Part shown: positions 37,590 to 47,544 of the stretch, piece by piece
Layout of the letters: the number at the start of each line of letters is the position of its first letter
Numbering within the stretch: the stretch's first letter is position 1
Assembly (NCBI GenBank): GCA_024276825.1
Contig: JAJRWI010000003.1
Location: 1-64,000, forward strand
Direction of reading: 5' to 3'
Source: an archaeon
GTDB taxonomy: Archaea > Asgardarchaeota > Thorarchaeia > Thorarchaeales > Thorarchaeaceae
Length of the DNA stretch: 64,000 nt
Notes under the pieces: model-generated
Seen by the model: only the letters and a program-made list of their open reading frames with translations
Database searches by the model: none
What the model was told of the DNA's origin: nothing
Translations under genes and position numbers: made by a program

Positions 37590-39859
37590 ACCAAGCACAG
37601 GAACGCGAGATTGCCCCAAAGAGGAAACGCATGCTGGATATGATCATGGTCCTCGGGGGACTAAAAGAAGAGTCTGCAGTACCTCTTAGCAAGGTCAAGG
37701 AGGAACTTCAACACCTGAGGTCTGAACTCGAACCCATCATGGGAGAGATTCTCGAGTTTCCAGAGATGTTCTTTGCGGAGTTTATTGAAACAGCAGAGAG
37801 ACTCAGTCTTATAGATGAGGTCAATGACCAAGGCGTTTTAAATAAGGCAATATCAGATCTGAAGCAGTCATTGGATGTTTCTTCATCTCCATCTCTTGAA
37901 CATCTTCTAGAACACTTGACCAATGCTTTGGGCAGATTTGAGGAAAAGATGGATGAAACAGAAGTAACCACCACTGTTGATTTCTCCACCACCATCTCGG
38001 AGATTCCTGAGATTATTGCAAGAATCGATGAGGGAGTCAGCAAGTACGAAATTGATGCCAAGGCGGAGGCAGAGGCGGCCCGTGAGGAGCTTGAGAGGCT
38101 TGTTAATGAATTGCAGGAGATCTTGACCGAACATGAATCGCAACCAAAACCACCCCTTGATCTGTTGGATTCTTTCCAGAAATTGGGCACAAAGACAAGA
38201 TATGGCCCATTCTTGAGGATTGCAGCACAGATAAAGCGTGGAGTTCGCGAGGGCCGAATTAGTGAAGGCCGCTCTGTGGAGTTGGTTTCAAAGAATGCCC
38301 TGATTGAGCTCTATCGTGGTCTCATAATGCACACTCTAAACAAGATGGGTTCCAAGACAACAGTTCAACTTGCGGAAACTTTGGATGTCGACCCGAGTCT
38401 GATCCAGTCTGCAATTGTTTCAATGCTAAAACGTGGCGAGATTGAGATGGTGGGCCTTGATGGAGATGCACCATTGTTCTCGCGAGTCCTTGGAAAGACC
38501 CCTAGTACGACTCTGTCAGTCAAGGCGATAATTCAACAGCTTCGTGTAATCCGATCATCTGTTGAGGGTGAAGCACTAGCAACACTTGATGAGTGCATCA
38601 AGAAACTTGGAGGGATATTCGGTCGGCTTCAGATTCTGGGCGAGTATGATGAAAACCCCCTGTCAGAACCAGTAAATCAGCTCCGTGAGATTGTTAACTC
38701 GTTGATTGAGGCTACAATGACTCTGAAGTCCACGGATGATGCCGAGGATTTGAGGCTTTTAGTGTCGGCGGGTCTTGAGGCCTTTGCACGGTTCAGACTG
38801 AAAATCACTCTCGAGAAAGGCCCGTACCTAGTCAGTGACGTGAATGCATATGGTGAACAACTTGATCCGGAGAGGTACGCCCAGATAATGGACTCGTACC
38901 TCGAGAATGAGATCGAGCGTAGCACACTCTTAATACTCATACGTGAACTGGGGGCCATGACTGCGGAGGACCTCGCAGAACGCACGGGGTTTCCACAGGA
39001 TCGCGTGTTTCGCCACCTACTCAGGATGAAACGTGATGAACTTCTCACGATTGCAGGAGAGAGGCATGGCTACATCCTGTACGATGTGCCAAGAACTCCT
39101 AATGAGGCAGAGGTAATCCTACAGACAGTAACCTCAATAGCACCACAGATTGCCAATGCCAGAAAGGAACTCGAATCGAGCCTCAAGGACATCAAGGCTG
39201 AGGACATTGGCCGGCTGGCGAATGCGTTGGAGGTGTTCTCCAATGCGAGGGATAAGATGTCTAAGATCTCAGTCAAGGGTGTTTCTATTGCAGAACAGGT
39301 CCTGAAGAATATTAAGGACAAGATCCACTCCGCTGTTGTTCTGGCCTATAGAACACGTGCAAAGCTTCCAAGCACACGCTCCAAGGTCACAATTGAAGAC
39401 CTCGTTGATGTGGATGTCCCAACAGTCCTCGATGAGTACCGTGATCAAATGGGTTATGCCCCACTCCTTGGGTTTGGCACTATCAACTGGGATCATTCCA
39501 AATGTCTGGGCTGCAAGTCATGCGAAATCTCATGTCCTGAGGATGCAATCCTGCTCAAGCCAATTATTAAAGTTTCAAACTTCTTTGAACTCACAGGGGA
39601 GGCACTCGAAAAGCTTCCTAAGAACAAGTCATTGTTCTACCAAACTGTACAGAACCTTGCTGCAAAAAAGCCCATTGAAGATATTGTTTTAGAGAATGAT
39701 ATACCAGGCTTTGGGACGATTGAGGTGGACCTCTGGCTATGCGTTGCTTGCCGCACATGCGTACGCAGATGCCCTGGTGTTGATGAGGGGGCCCTTGAGC
39801 TGGAGTTGAAGTGGAGTCTTCCAGAAGTTGTTCGTCACCTCACTACCGAGTCCCAGTAG
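37586..39859 (+). CDS. Helical/tandem wHTH protein with C-terminal 2x[4Fe-4S] domain
   Basis: Two wHTH-like repeats; CLGCKSCEISCP and CVACRTCVRRCP. Confidence 0.8.
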   Translation: MNQAQEREIAPKRKRMLDMIMVLGGLKEESAVPLSKVKEELQHLRSELEPIMGEILEFPEMFFAEFIETAERLSLIDEVNDQGVLNKAISDLKQSLDVSSSPSLEHLLEHLTNALGRFEEKMDETEVTTTVDFSTTISEIPEIIARIDEGVSKYEIDAKAEAEAAREELERLVNELQEILTEHESQPKPPLDLLDSFQKLGTKTRYGPFLRIAAQIKRGVREGRISEGRSVELVSKNALIELYRGLIMHTLNKMGSKTTVQLAETLDVDPSLIQSAIVSMLKRGEIEMVGLDGDAPLFSRVLGKTPSTTLSVKAIIQQLRVIRSSVEGEALATLDECIKKLGGIFGRLQILGEYDENPLSEPVNQLREIVNSLIEATMTLKSTDDAEDLRLLVSAGLEAFARFRLKITLEKGPYLVSDVNAYGEQLDPERYAQIMDSYLENEIERSTLLILIRELGAMTAEDLAERTGFPQDRVFRHLLRMKRDELLTIAGERHGYILYDVPRTPNEAEVILQTVTSIAPQIANARKELESSLKDIKAEDIGRLANALEVFSNARDKMSKISVKGVSIAEQVLKNIKDKIHSAVVLAYRTRAKLPSTRSKVTIEDLVDVDVPTVLDEYRDQMGYAPLLGFGTINWDHSKCLGCKSCEISCPEDAILLKPIIKVSNFFELTGEALEKLPKNKSLFYQTVQNLAAKKPIEDIVLENDIPGFGTIEVDLWLCVACRTCVRRCPGVDEGALELELKWSLPEVVRHLTTESQ

Positions 39860-39929
39860 ATTTCCCTGTAGGAGTCTACTTAAATCAAGGTGTGCATATT
39901 CTTGAATACTAGACTCTAAGACTTGAGGC

Positions 39930-41138
39930 GTGAATGACTTGATAGACTTTTCACTCACAAATGACCAGAAGAATCTCCAAGGGAGGGCCAGAAGGTTTGC
40001 TCAAGAGTATATGATTCCATATGCATACTACTATGACAGGACTGGTGAGTTTCCACATCCGATAATTCAGAAGTGCTGGGATGAGGGTCTAATGAACCTA
40101 GGCATCCCAAAGAAGTATGGTGGGCCAGGCCTTGGTATTCTTGATCAATGTATTGTAGTAGAGGAGCTTGCAGCTGGCTGTGCGGGGATGACTACCAGCA
40201 TCTATGTAAATAGTCTTGGTGCAGAACCAATCATAATTGCAGGGAATGAAGAACAGAAGGAGAAATACCTTAGACTGCTCACTGAGGACTTGAGATTTGT
40301 TTCCTTTGCGTGCAGCGAGCCTTACATGGGCAGTGATGTAGCAGGAATTCGCACACGAGTACGAAAGGAAGGAGGCCATTATGTAATAAATGGTTCAAAG
40401 TTCTGGATTACTAATGCTCCTTACGCTGACTATTTCACAGTGTTTGCCAGTCTGGACCCTTCCCAACGACATAAGGCCCTCTGTGCATTCATTGTTGATG
40501 CAGACTCCGAGGGATTAAGGACTGGTCTCCCAGTCGAGAAGATGGGACACCGTGCCTCTACGACATCATCCGTCATCTTCAAGGATGTGAGAGTTCCTAC
40601 AGACAACCTCCTTGGTAACGAAGGTGATGGCTTTGCCATTGCAATGCGAACATTCTCAATGACCCGGCCCGCAATAGCGGCGTTCGCAACAGGTCTCGCC
40701 CGTACCGCAATGGAGGTTGCACGAAGTTATGTTTCTAAACGAGAGGCATTCACACAGAAGTTGCAGGAGTTTCAGGCGATTCAGTTCAAGCTTGCAGAGA
40801 TGTATATCAAGATTGAGGCATCTAGAGTGTTATACATGAGAGCTGCATGGGCAGCTGATAATGGGGAGGATGCCACAGTGCCAGCCAGCGTGGCCAAAGC
40901 TTATGCGACAGATGCAGCCATGTGGGTGACAAGTGAGGCATTACAGATTCATGGGGGATATGGATATATCGACCAGTATCCAATAGAGAAGATGTTTCGA
41001 GATGCAAAGCTCTATCAAATATATGAAGGAACGAGTGAGATTCAACGTCTGATTCTCGGACGTCATGTGCTCTCTAAATATCAGCCTGCATTGGATAAGA
41101 TCAAGAGATGGAAATCAATGAGTCCACCTGACTTTTGA
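39930..41138 (+). CDS. Acyl-CoA dehydrogenase
   Basis: SEP..GSD, NGSKFWITN, Q.HGGYGY and IYEGTSEIQR motifs. Confidence 0.96.
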   Translation: MNDLIDFSLTNDQKNLQGRARRFAQEYMIPYAYYYDRTGEFPHPIIQKCWDEGLMNLGIPKKYGGPGLGILDQCIVVEELAAGCAGMTTSIYVNSLGAEPIIIAGNEEQKEKYLRLLTEDLRFVSFACSEPYMGSDVAGIRTRVRKEGGHYVINGSKFWITNAPYADYFTVFASLDPSQRHKALCAFIVDADSEGLRTGLPVEKMGHRASTTSSVIFKDVRVPTDNLLGNEGDGFAIAMRTFSMTRPAIAAFATGLARTAMEVARSYVSKREAFTQKLQEFQAIQFKLAEMYIKIEASRVLYMRAAWAADNGEDATVPASVAKAYATDAAMWVTSEALQIHGGYGYIDQYPIEKMFRDAKLYQIYEGTSEIQRLILGRHVLSKYQPALDKIKRWKSMSPPDF

Positions 41139-41276
41139 CAGATCGGACTATGGCGCTAAGATTATCTATAATGTCAGGAGGCTCAATTCAGAACTTACAT
41201 TATGCATTCCATAGAGAAGACAAGAACAGTAAGGTTCAGCAAAGTTCATTATTATTGGATAGATGATACAACTACG

Positions 41277-41372
41277 GTTTGTTATTCCACTATGTTGGTT
41301 ATGAATCACTTAAAAAAGAGTCAGTTAGAGACCGTGAATCATGTTTGTTATTCCACTATGTTGGTTGTGAAT
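41277..41372. CRISPR. Orphan mini CRISPR-like array: two 30-nt repeats and one 36-nt spacer
   Basis: GTTTGTTATTCCACTATGTTGGTT(A/G)TGAAT at 41277-41306 and 41343-41372; no cas genes in window. Confidence 0.6.
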
Positions 41373-41401
41373 GGAGAGAAATGATAAATTGGTGAGAAAA
41401 T

Positions 41402-41779
41402 GTGATTATCAGACGTCTACGTGATCTTGACGAGATTGTTGCCCTTGACGGCACAAGACTGCGCGAGATCCTCAACCCGCTGCATGCAGATAAAGTTCTT
41501 AGATTAGACTATAGTCTTGCTCATGCAATTGTGCCCGCAGGGCAAAAGTCCACCCCCCACAGGTTCTTTGAGGCCTCAGAAGTATATTATATCCTCCATG
41601 GGCGGGGCGTCATGCATATTGATAACGAATCTTCCTCAGTTGGTCCAGGAGTCACTGTATACATACCGCCAAAGAGCATTCAATGGATTGAAAATACAAG
41701 CAATGAGGACTTGGAGTTTCTCTGTATCGTCTGCCCCCCATGGTTCGCTGAGTCCGAAGAAATCGTGAATGAGGACTAG
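41402..41779 (+). CDS. Cupin domain protein
   Basis: SLAHA.V, H.....EVYYIL.G.G and VYIPP motifs. Confidence 0.9.
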   Translation: MIIRRLRDLDEIVALDGTRLREILNPLHADKVLRLDYSLAHAIVPAGQKSTPHRFFEASEVYYILHGRGVMHIDNESSSVGPGVTVYIPPKSIQWIENTSNEDLEFLCIVCPPWFAESEEIVNED

Positions 41780-41880
41780 CCCTTTGATTTGCTGTGGCTA
41801 TCATAGACCATATTTGATATCCATTTGGAAACTACTATCTTTATTATAGTATACATAATTAATTCCAATTGTGATTAACA

Positions 41881-43083
41881 ATGGTTAATAATGTTGAGGT
41901 AGTTAAAGAGATAATAAAGAAGCTACATGAGGGTGCAGATCCAAAAGAGGTTCAGGCAGAGTACTCTGAGTTTCTTGAGGAAACAACCACCACAGACATC
42001 TCACGAGCAGAGGAGGAGCTGATTCGAGAAGGCATGCCTGTTGAAAAGGTCCGAAAGATGTGTGATGTCCATATTGCAGTGTTTCAGTCCCAATTGGAGA
42101 AGAACAATGACATCGCGCCGCAGGGACATCCCGTGAGCATTCTGATGAGCGAGCATAATGCTCTCCTCGAGATCTCAAAAGAGGTGTTTACCCTCACAAA
42201 AGCAATCATGGAATCTAGGCAGTCATCAGATGATATGTTAACACAATTGAGATATCTCGTACAGCAGATTAAGGACTCTGCAAATCACTATTTGAGAGAG
42301 GAGAATGTCCTTTTTCCACATCTTGAGAAACACGGGGTGACTCAGCCTCCTGCCATTATGTGGATGGAACACGATCAGATAAGAGAGGTGGAAAAGAAAC
42401 TATTTGACATCTTCAACGGGTCCGATGAGGATGTCCTTCAGCAGGTTGCGACAGTGGAGCATCTAGCCCTCTCGCTCAATGAACTCCTCGCAAGCCATTT
42501 TTACAAGGAGAACAACATCCTGTTTCCAACGGCATTGCGCGTAATGGATGAAGACGAATGGCCCGAGGTGATGCATGGGTTCATGGACATCGGATTCTGT
42601 CCATTCACCCCAAGGTTCCCGGATATATTCGAACAGATAAAAGCCACCCCAGAAACAACCGAGTCATCAGAAGGGTTGATTCAATTTGAAACTGGTGTAT
42701 TGTCTCCTGAGATGATCGAGGGTATCTTTAACACACTCCCAGTAGACATCACCTTTGTAGATGCAGATGACAAGGTAAAATTCTTCAGCGAATCTGGAGG
42801 GCGGATATTTGTGAGATCCAAAGCTGTCATTGGCCGTAGCGTTCAGCTCTGTCACCCACAGAAGAGCATTGATATTGTAAATAGAATTCTTGATGACTTC
42901 CGAAACAACCGTCGTGACTCAGCAGATTTTTGGATCAACATCAAGGGGCGAATGATTTACATACGATACTTTGCAGTCCGCAACAGGGAGGGTAAGTATC
43001 TTGGCACCCTCGAGATGACTCAAGACATCACAGAGATTCAGAAACTCAAAGGCGAAAAGCGTCTTCTAGATGACTCACGATAG
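41881..43083 (+). CDS. DUF438 / hemerythrin / PAS protein
   Basis: MCDVH, HYLREEN.LFP, MW.EHD, HFYKENNILFP and CHP.KS motifs. Confidence 0.92.
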   Translation: MVNNVEVVKEIIKKLHEGADPKEVQAEYSEFLEETTTTDISRAEEELIREGMPVEKVRKMCDVHIAVFQSQLEKNNDIAPQGHPVSILMSEHNALLEISKEVFTLTKAIMESRQSSDDMLTQLRYLVQQIKDSANHYLREENVLFPHLEKHGVTQPPAIMWMEHDQIREVEKKLFDIFNGSDEDVLQQVATVEHLALSLNELLASHFYKENNILFPTALRVMDEDEWPEVMHGFMDIGFCPFTPRFPDIFEQIKATPETTESSEGLIQFETGVLSPEMIEGIFNTLPVDITFVDADDKVKFFSESGGRIFVRSKAVIGRSVQLCHPQKSIDIVNRILDDFRNNRRDSADFWINIKGRMIYIRYFAVRNREGKYLGTLEMTQDITEIQKLKGEKRLLDDSR

Positions 43084-43387
43084 TCCTCCTTTCCAGCGCC
43101 TGCCAGACCAGTGGGCGCTGCCCCCTATTTTTCATTTATTAGATTATCACCGCTATGCCTTACTGATAGTGGTCCGATCCATCGGAATACCAGGCTTCAG
43201 ACCTTATGTTCCTAGGCTAGATTCATCTCAATAGGTAAGACTGCAGCTAGTGCATTGTTTTTTGTTAATTAGTCAACTATTTATTGGCACATCCAATAGA
43301 AGCACCAATTTAGTGGCATTGGAAAATATTGATATAGCTGTAATCGCGGGTGCGCACAAAGTACCGATACACCTAGGTGACAAAGCT

Positions 43388-45376
43388 TTGTCAGAAGACA
43401 AGATTACAGTTACATTAACCGAAGAGAGAAAGTTCCCACCTCCTGAGAGCTTCGTGAGGAAGGCGTACATCAAGTCCGCCGAGGAACGCGAGAAGCTCTG
43501 GAAGCAGTCTATTGAGGACCCTGATGGGTTCTGGCTCAAGGCTGCAAAGGAACTGTGCTACTGGAAAAAGGAACCGACTATTGGGTTCAACTGGATCAAT
43601 CCCGAACGCGCCGAGTTCCGCTGGTTCGAGGATGGCATTACCAACATGGCTTACAACTGTCTTGATAAGAACATTGAGAAGGGTAAGGGCGATCAGATCG
43701 CTCTCATCTGGCAGGGTGAGCCCCTCGAAGAACACAAGACATATACATACAAGGAACTCCGCGATGAGGTCAATAAGGCTGCTAACGTCCTGAAGAGCTT
43801 GGGCCTCAAGAAGGGTGACAGAGTCACTATCTACCTGCCCATGATCCCAGAACTCGCAATTATCATGCTTGCCTGCACGAGAATTGGTGTCATTCACAGT
43901 ATTGTATTCGGAGGCTTCAGCTCAGACTCGCTCAAGGACAGAATTCTCGATTGTGAGGGCAAGGTGCTCGTCACTGCTGATGGTTACTACAGAAGTGGAA
44001 AGACCATCGAGCAGAAGAAGGGTGCAGATGTCGCTCTCAAGGAAACCCCCAACGTTGAGAAGGTCCTCGTTGTTAAGCGTCTTGGAATTGATGTCCCATG
44101 GACAGAGGGACGTGATGTCTGGTATCATGAACTCATGGAGAATGCCAGCACCGAGTGCGAAACCGAGTGGCTCAATGCAGAGGACCCACTATTCATCCTC
44201 TATACATCAGGCTCAACAGGTAAGCCAAAGGGTGTGCTTCACACCGTTGGAGGATACATGGTGTACACCACTCATACATTCCTTCATATCTTCGACTGGC
44301 ATGAGGGCGACGTCTACTGGTGTACTGCTGACATCGGTTGGATTACTGGCCACTCGTATATCATCTATGGGCCACTGTCTGCTGGTGCCACTACTATGAT
44401 GTTCGAGGGCGTTCCAACATACCCTGATGTCGACCGCTTCTGGCTCGAAGTGGAGCGCTGGAAGGTCAATCAGTTTTACACAGCACCCACTGCAATTCGC
44501 GCACTCATGCGATATGGAGATGAGCCCGTTCTCAAACACGATCTGTCAACCCTCAACCTGTTGGGCACAGTCGGTGAGCCCATCAATCCAGAGGCATGGT
44601 TGTGGTACCACAAAGTCATCGGTAAGGAGAAATGTCCTATAGTAGACACCTACTGGCAAACTGAAACTGGTGGCGTAATCATCACTCCATTGCCTGGAGC
44701 AACCCCAACAAAGCCCGGGTCATGCACAAGGCCATACTTTGGGGTGGACCCTGTGATCGTTGACGAGTCTGGACAGCCCGTGGGTCCGAATGAGGGAGGT
44801 TACCTGTGCATCAAGAGGCCTTGGCCGGGTCTAATGAGGACTGTGTACGGTGACCACGACCGATTTGTGAACACCTACTGGGTGCAGTACAAAGATCCAG
44901 ACACTGGCAAACCCATGTACATGACTGGAGACGGTTCTAGGTTTGATGAGGACAATTATTTCTGGGTAATGGGACGAATTGATGATGTGCTGAAGGTATC
45001 AGGGCACAGACTGGGTACAGCAGAGATCGAGAGTGCACTAGTGGCACATCCTGCAGTTGCCGAGTGTGCAGTAGTCGGTTTCCCACATGACATCAAGGGT
45101 GAGGACATCTACGTATTCGTGACCCTGAAGGCAGGAGTGGAGAAGACCGAGGAACTCAAGCAGGAGCTGAAGAAGCATGTGAGATCAGAGATTGGTCCAA
45201 TCGCGACCCCAGCAAAGATCCAGTTCGCAGACGCCCTGCCAAAGACACGTTCAGGGAAGATTATGCGAAGGATTCTGAAGAAGATTGCTGCTGGTCAGAT
45301 TGACGATCTCGGTGACACAAGCACCCTAGCAGACCCCACAGTGGTCGAAACCCTCATCAAAGAGAGAATCGAGTAG
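43388..45376 (+). CDS. acs: Acetyl-CoA synthetase (AMP-forming), TTG start
   Basis: YTSGSTGKPKG, DTYWQTETGG and PKTRSGKIMRR motifs. Confidence 0.97.
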   Translation: MSEDKITVTLTEERKFPPPESFVRKAYIKSAEEREKLWKQSIEDPDGFWLKAAKELCYWKKEPTIGFNWINPERAEFRWFEDGITNMAYNCLDKNIEKGKGDQIALIWQGEPLEEHKTYTYKELRDEVNKAANVLKSLGLKKGDRVTIYLPMIPELAIIMLACTRIGVIHSIVFGGFSSDSLKDRILDCEGKVLVTADGYYRSGKTIEQKKGADVALKETPNVEKVLVVKRLGIDVPWTEGRDVWYHELMENASTECETEWLNAEDPLFILYTSGSTGKPKGVLHTVGGYMVYTTHTFLHIFDWHEGDVYWCTADIGWITGHSYIIYGPLSAGATTMMFEGVPTYPDVDRFWLEVERWKVNQFYTAPTAIRALMRYGDEPVLKHDLSTLNLLGTVGEPINPEAWLWYHKVIGKEKCPIVDTYWQTETGGVIITPLPGATPTKPGSCTRPYFGVDPVIVDESGQPVGPNEGGYLCIKRPWPGLMRTVYGDHDRFVNTYWVQYKDPDTGKPMYMTGDGSRFDEDNYFWVMGRIDDVLKVSGHRLGTAEIESALVAHPAVAECAVVGFPHDIKGEDIYVFVTLKAGVEKTEELKQELKKHVRSEIGPIATPAKIQFADALPKTRSGKIMRRILKKIAAGQIDDLGDTSTLADPTVVETLIKERIE

Positions 45377-45436
45377 TACTAGAAGAATAAGAGAGAGCCC
45401 TCTGGGCCTCTCAACTCTATTTTATTGTGTTTTTTA

Positions 45437-45619
45437 GGTTGCGCGTGGATGCATAGAACTTACACAAAGTTGGACACCAATCAGACAGCTGTTTAATAGA
45501 TAGCATCGAGAAATATAGGAGCTTAAGAAACATAATCAGATTCAAGACTGAATCTGAATCCAGTGTTGATACTGAGAGGACTGGATGCATTGTCCAATAT
45601 TGTCCAACTTAATATGAAC
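45437..45619 (+). repeat. Dispersed intergenic repeat, copy B, with a 10-bp internal inverted repeat
   Basis: AAGTTGGACA (45467-45476) and TGTCCAACTT (45601-45610); homologous to 9810-9967. Confidence 0.6.
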
Positions 45620-45641
45620 AATGTTGACTGATGTTAGAAGA

Positions 45642-46373
45642 TCATTGTTCGAACATTTTGGTCTTCAGTAAGGCCTTTCCGACCGTGACCCCAATGATCG
45701 TGGCAAGCATCACTTTTAGAGGGGTGATGAACCCTGCACCCATCCATATGAGTTGCAGTTGTTCAATTGTCAGCCCATAGAATAGTGAGAATGTCATGCA
45801 GGGTACAAAGATGAATACTCGGAGGAGGATATCGGATTCAAGACCAATGACAATAGCAAAGATTAGGGCAAACAGTGTCTTCCGCTCCTTGCTTATAGAC
45901 ATGTGATCATTGATTTTCGAGGTTGTTATTATTGTAAACAGGATGACAAAGCAATAGCCAAGCAGGATGTCCCATATGCCCCATAATGGGAGGGCCCATG
46001 CCACAGGACTAAGAGAATAACCAAGGAGAAGCAGGGAGTAGATGGTCAAGACTGGTTTCCATCGTTCTTGATAAACAAGTCCCGCCATTAGTGTCCCGAG
46101 CGGCGCCCCAAGCATGAAGACGAGCTCATAGGGGTCTCGAAAGTAGATAAGATGTCCGAGGAAACCACCAAAGCCCACTGAAACCGCCCCAAGCACGGGC
46201 CCAAGGACTATGCCAATTAGTGGGCTCAGCAGGAACAGCCACGAGTCCCACACACCACTATAGAAACCCGGAATGATAGGGGTGGAGTCCAGTACCACCA
46301 CGAGAGCTGTTGAAACTGCAATTGTTGACACTGTTTTACTCTTTGTGCTTAGATCAATTGGCGACATGTACAA
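45642..46373 (-). CDS. ECF transporter S-component-like membrane protein
   Basis: PLIGIVLGP..G motif, multiple TM segments. Confidence 0.7.
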   Translation of the reverse strand: MYMSPIDLSTKSKTVSTIAVSTALVVVLDSTPIIPGFYSGVWDSWLFLLSPLIGIVLGPVLGAVSVGFGGFLGHLIYFRDPYELVFMLGAPLGTLMAGLVYQERWKPVLTIYSLLLLGYSLSPVAWALPLWGIWDILLGYCFVILFTIITTSKINDHMSISKERKTLFALIFAIVIGLESDILLRVFIFVPCMTFSLFYGLTIEQLQLIWMGAGFITPLKVMLATIIGVTVGKALLKTKMFEQ

Positions 46374-46410
46374 AGTCTCCGGGACAATGATGCAATCTTG
46401 TTGGCAGTCC

Positions 46411-46734
46411 TTATCGAAACCTGCTCAGCATTCTTCTGAATCGAGACTTTCGCTTCTTTTTACGTTTTAATTCGTCTGGAATGGGAATACCATATCTCTT
46501 TGCAAGAACAAGCACAGTCATCTTAGCAGCAAGATTGAACTTGGAGTAGTTAATGAGAAACCTTTGAAGGGCGGACTCAATGTCATCCTCAAGCCAGTCG
46601 GTAGTATTGTCATCAAGGAGCGCCACGCCTGAGTTCAAGCAGATCTCCGCCATTTTCTCCCTCCCATAGATTCCAAGTCCACGTGCAACAAGGGTGGACA
46701 CCAGTTCATCAATGCTTTCACGACTTACTCCCAT
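46411..46734 (-). CDS. Hypothetical protein with basic C-terminal tail
   Basis: Overlaps the ODP gene end, preceded by a GGAGG RBS. Confidence 0.75.
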   Translation of the reverse strand: MGVSRESIDELVSTLVARGLGIYGREKMAEICLNSGVALLDDNTTDWLEDDIESALQRFLINYSKFNLAAKMTVLVLAKRYGIPIPDELKRKKKRKSRFRRMLSRFR

Positions 46735-47459
46735 ACGCCAACCTCCAAGTTCCATAGTGTGTCAATCGCCTCGGGAATCTTCTCCTTGGTAATTATTGAC
46801 CCATGTTGTGGACATATCAGTTCGATATCTAGACCCTTTATCTTTCTCAAAAAATTATGAACATGTCTTTGGTCAGACAGGTAGGGCTGGGAGAAGACCT
46901 TCATGGCCTCCAGATAATATTCGTTAGCATATAATGACCAGTCAATTGAAAATCCCGCAAAAATATCTGATGAGAATAGAATCTTTTCTTTTGTGTCATA
47001 AGTGACCATGGCTCCAGGAAAATGCAAATAGGGTGTTGTGAGAAACAACAGCTCTCGGCCTTCCTCTCCAATCTCAATGCTCTCTCCATCACTAACAGAA
47101 GTCACTTCAGTATGAACACCATAATAGGGAATGAACAGTGATGTGCGTTCGGTTGTCACAATCTCAAAGTTATTCACACCTAAGGCCTCTTCAATAAGGG
47201 GTATTGCACCACAGAGGTCGGGGTCTTGATGATGCACAATCACCATAGTGATCTTTTTCAAAGGGATAATGGATTCTATTTTCCTCTTGACCCAGCTCCA
47301 ATGTTCGTCTAGACGTGAGCCAGGGTCAAACAAGACCACCTCATCGCCTTCAATAAGCAAGTAGGGATTGTTTGAAAACCCAGCATGGAAATCGGGCCAT
47401 CCGACCCACCATACGCCAGGCTTGATCTCTACCGCCTTCTCGGGATCTATTTTTATCAA
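46725..47459 (-). CDS. MBL-fold oxygen-binding di-iron protein (ODP)-like
   Basis: NPYL, DPGS, HHQDPD, HFPG...TYD, FSSD and PQHG motifs; no flavodoxin domain. Confidence 0.85.
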   Translation of the reverse strand: MIKIDPEKAVEIKPGVWWVGWPDFHAGFSNNPYLLIEGDEVVLFDPGSRLDEHWSWVKRKIESIIPLKKITMVIVHHQDPDLCGAIPLIEEALGVNNFEIVTTERTSLFIPYYGVHTEVTSVSDGESIEIGEEGRELLFLTTPYLHFPGAMVTYDTKEKILFSSDIFAGFSIDWSLYANEYYLEAMKVFSQPYLSDQRHVHNFLRKIKGLDIELICPQHGSIITKEKIPEAIDTLWNLEVGVWE

Positions 47460-47544
47460 TGTCTTTTGCTCCCAGTCAAATTCTGATGGCAGGCATAGGG
47501 AGAATATAGAATATTATTGTTTCTTTGATGCATATGAGAGTAGA

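Noticed and set aside
32757-39859. Selenocysteine recoding in Hdr/MvhD
   Set aside because: All ORFs are open with Cys at the expected ligand positions; no in-frame TGA.
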